Of a DNA stretch of 64,000 bases, positions 63,891-64,000 are shown piece by piece. The notes under the pieces were generated by a model that was not told where the DNA came from, did not search any database, and saw nothing but the letters and a program-made list of their open reading frames with translations. Origin of the DNA: the human T2T-CHM13v2.0 reference genome, Homo sapiens; assembly GCF_009914755.1 (NCBI RefSeq), contig NC_060932.1; one strand, written 5' to 3'. Every line of letters begins with the position of its first letter. Within the stretch, counting starts at the first letter, position 1. The translations under genes and the position numbers were made by a program.

Positions 63891-64000
63891 CTGAATGTCC
63901 CTTTCCAGGAGTGGATTGTCATCTAGAGTATTTTCTTAAAAACACAGCAGCCCTGCCTGAGGTTTCTTCAGGAATAACGGTAATACTGGCAGAATCGGCG

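Overview
This is human (or very closely related primate) genomic DNA lying entirely inside the AGO2 (Argonaute-2/EIF2C2) gene, which is transcribed from the minus strand. The window holds coding exons 2-11: 1,381 nt that splice in frame to about residues 8-468 (N, L1, PAZ, L2 and the start of MID). It also holds the last ~28 kb of intron 1; exon 1 and exons 12 onward lie outside. The rest is intronic: about 45 Alu copies or fragments, old L1, L2 and MIR fragments, DNA-transposon fossils (Tigger1/2a/3/4, MER3, MER20, Charlie1), two LTRs (THE1, MLT2), and simple or tandem repeats. Almost all ORFs in the supplied track are spurious. I see no CRISPR array, RNA gene or new protein-coding system. 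The most interesting observations are RNA-processing and DNA-structure signals: a GC-AG intron after exon 8, a candidate TDP-43-repressed poison exon in intron 10, a dense YCAY tract upstream of exon 11, an in-frame intronic ATG just before exon 2, a perfect AT-rich palindrome grown inside an Alu, inverted Alus that could drive circRNA or dsRNA, and deeply nested transposon stacks. Exon boundaries were read base by base. Repeat boundaries and subfamily names come from recognition of consensus sequences and are approximate.
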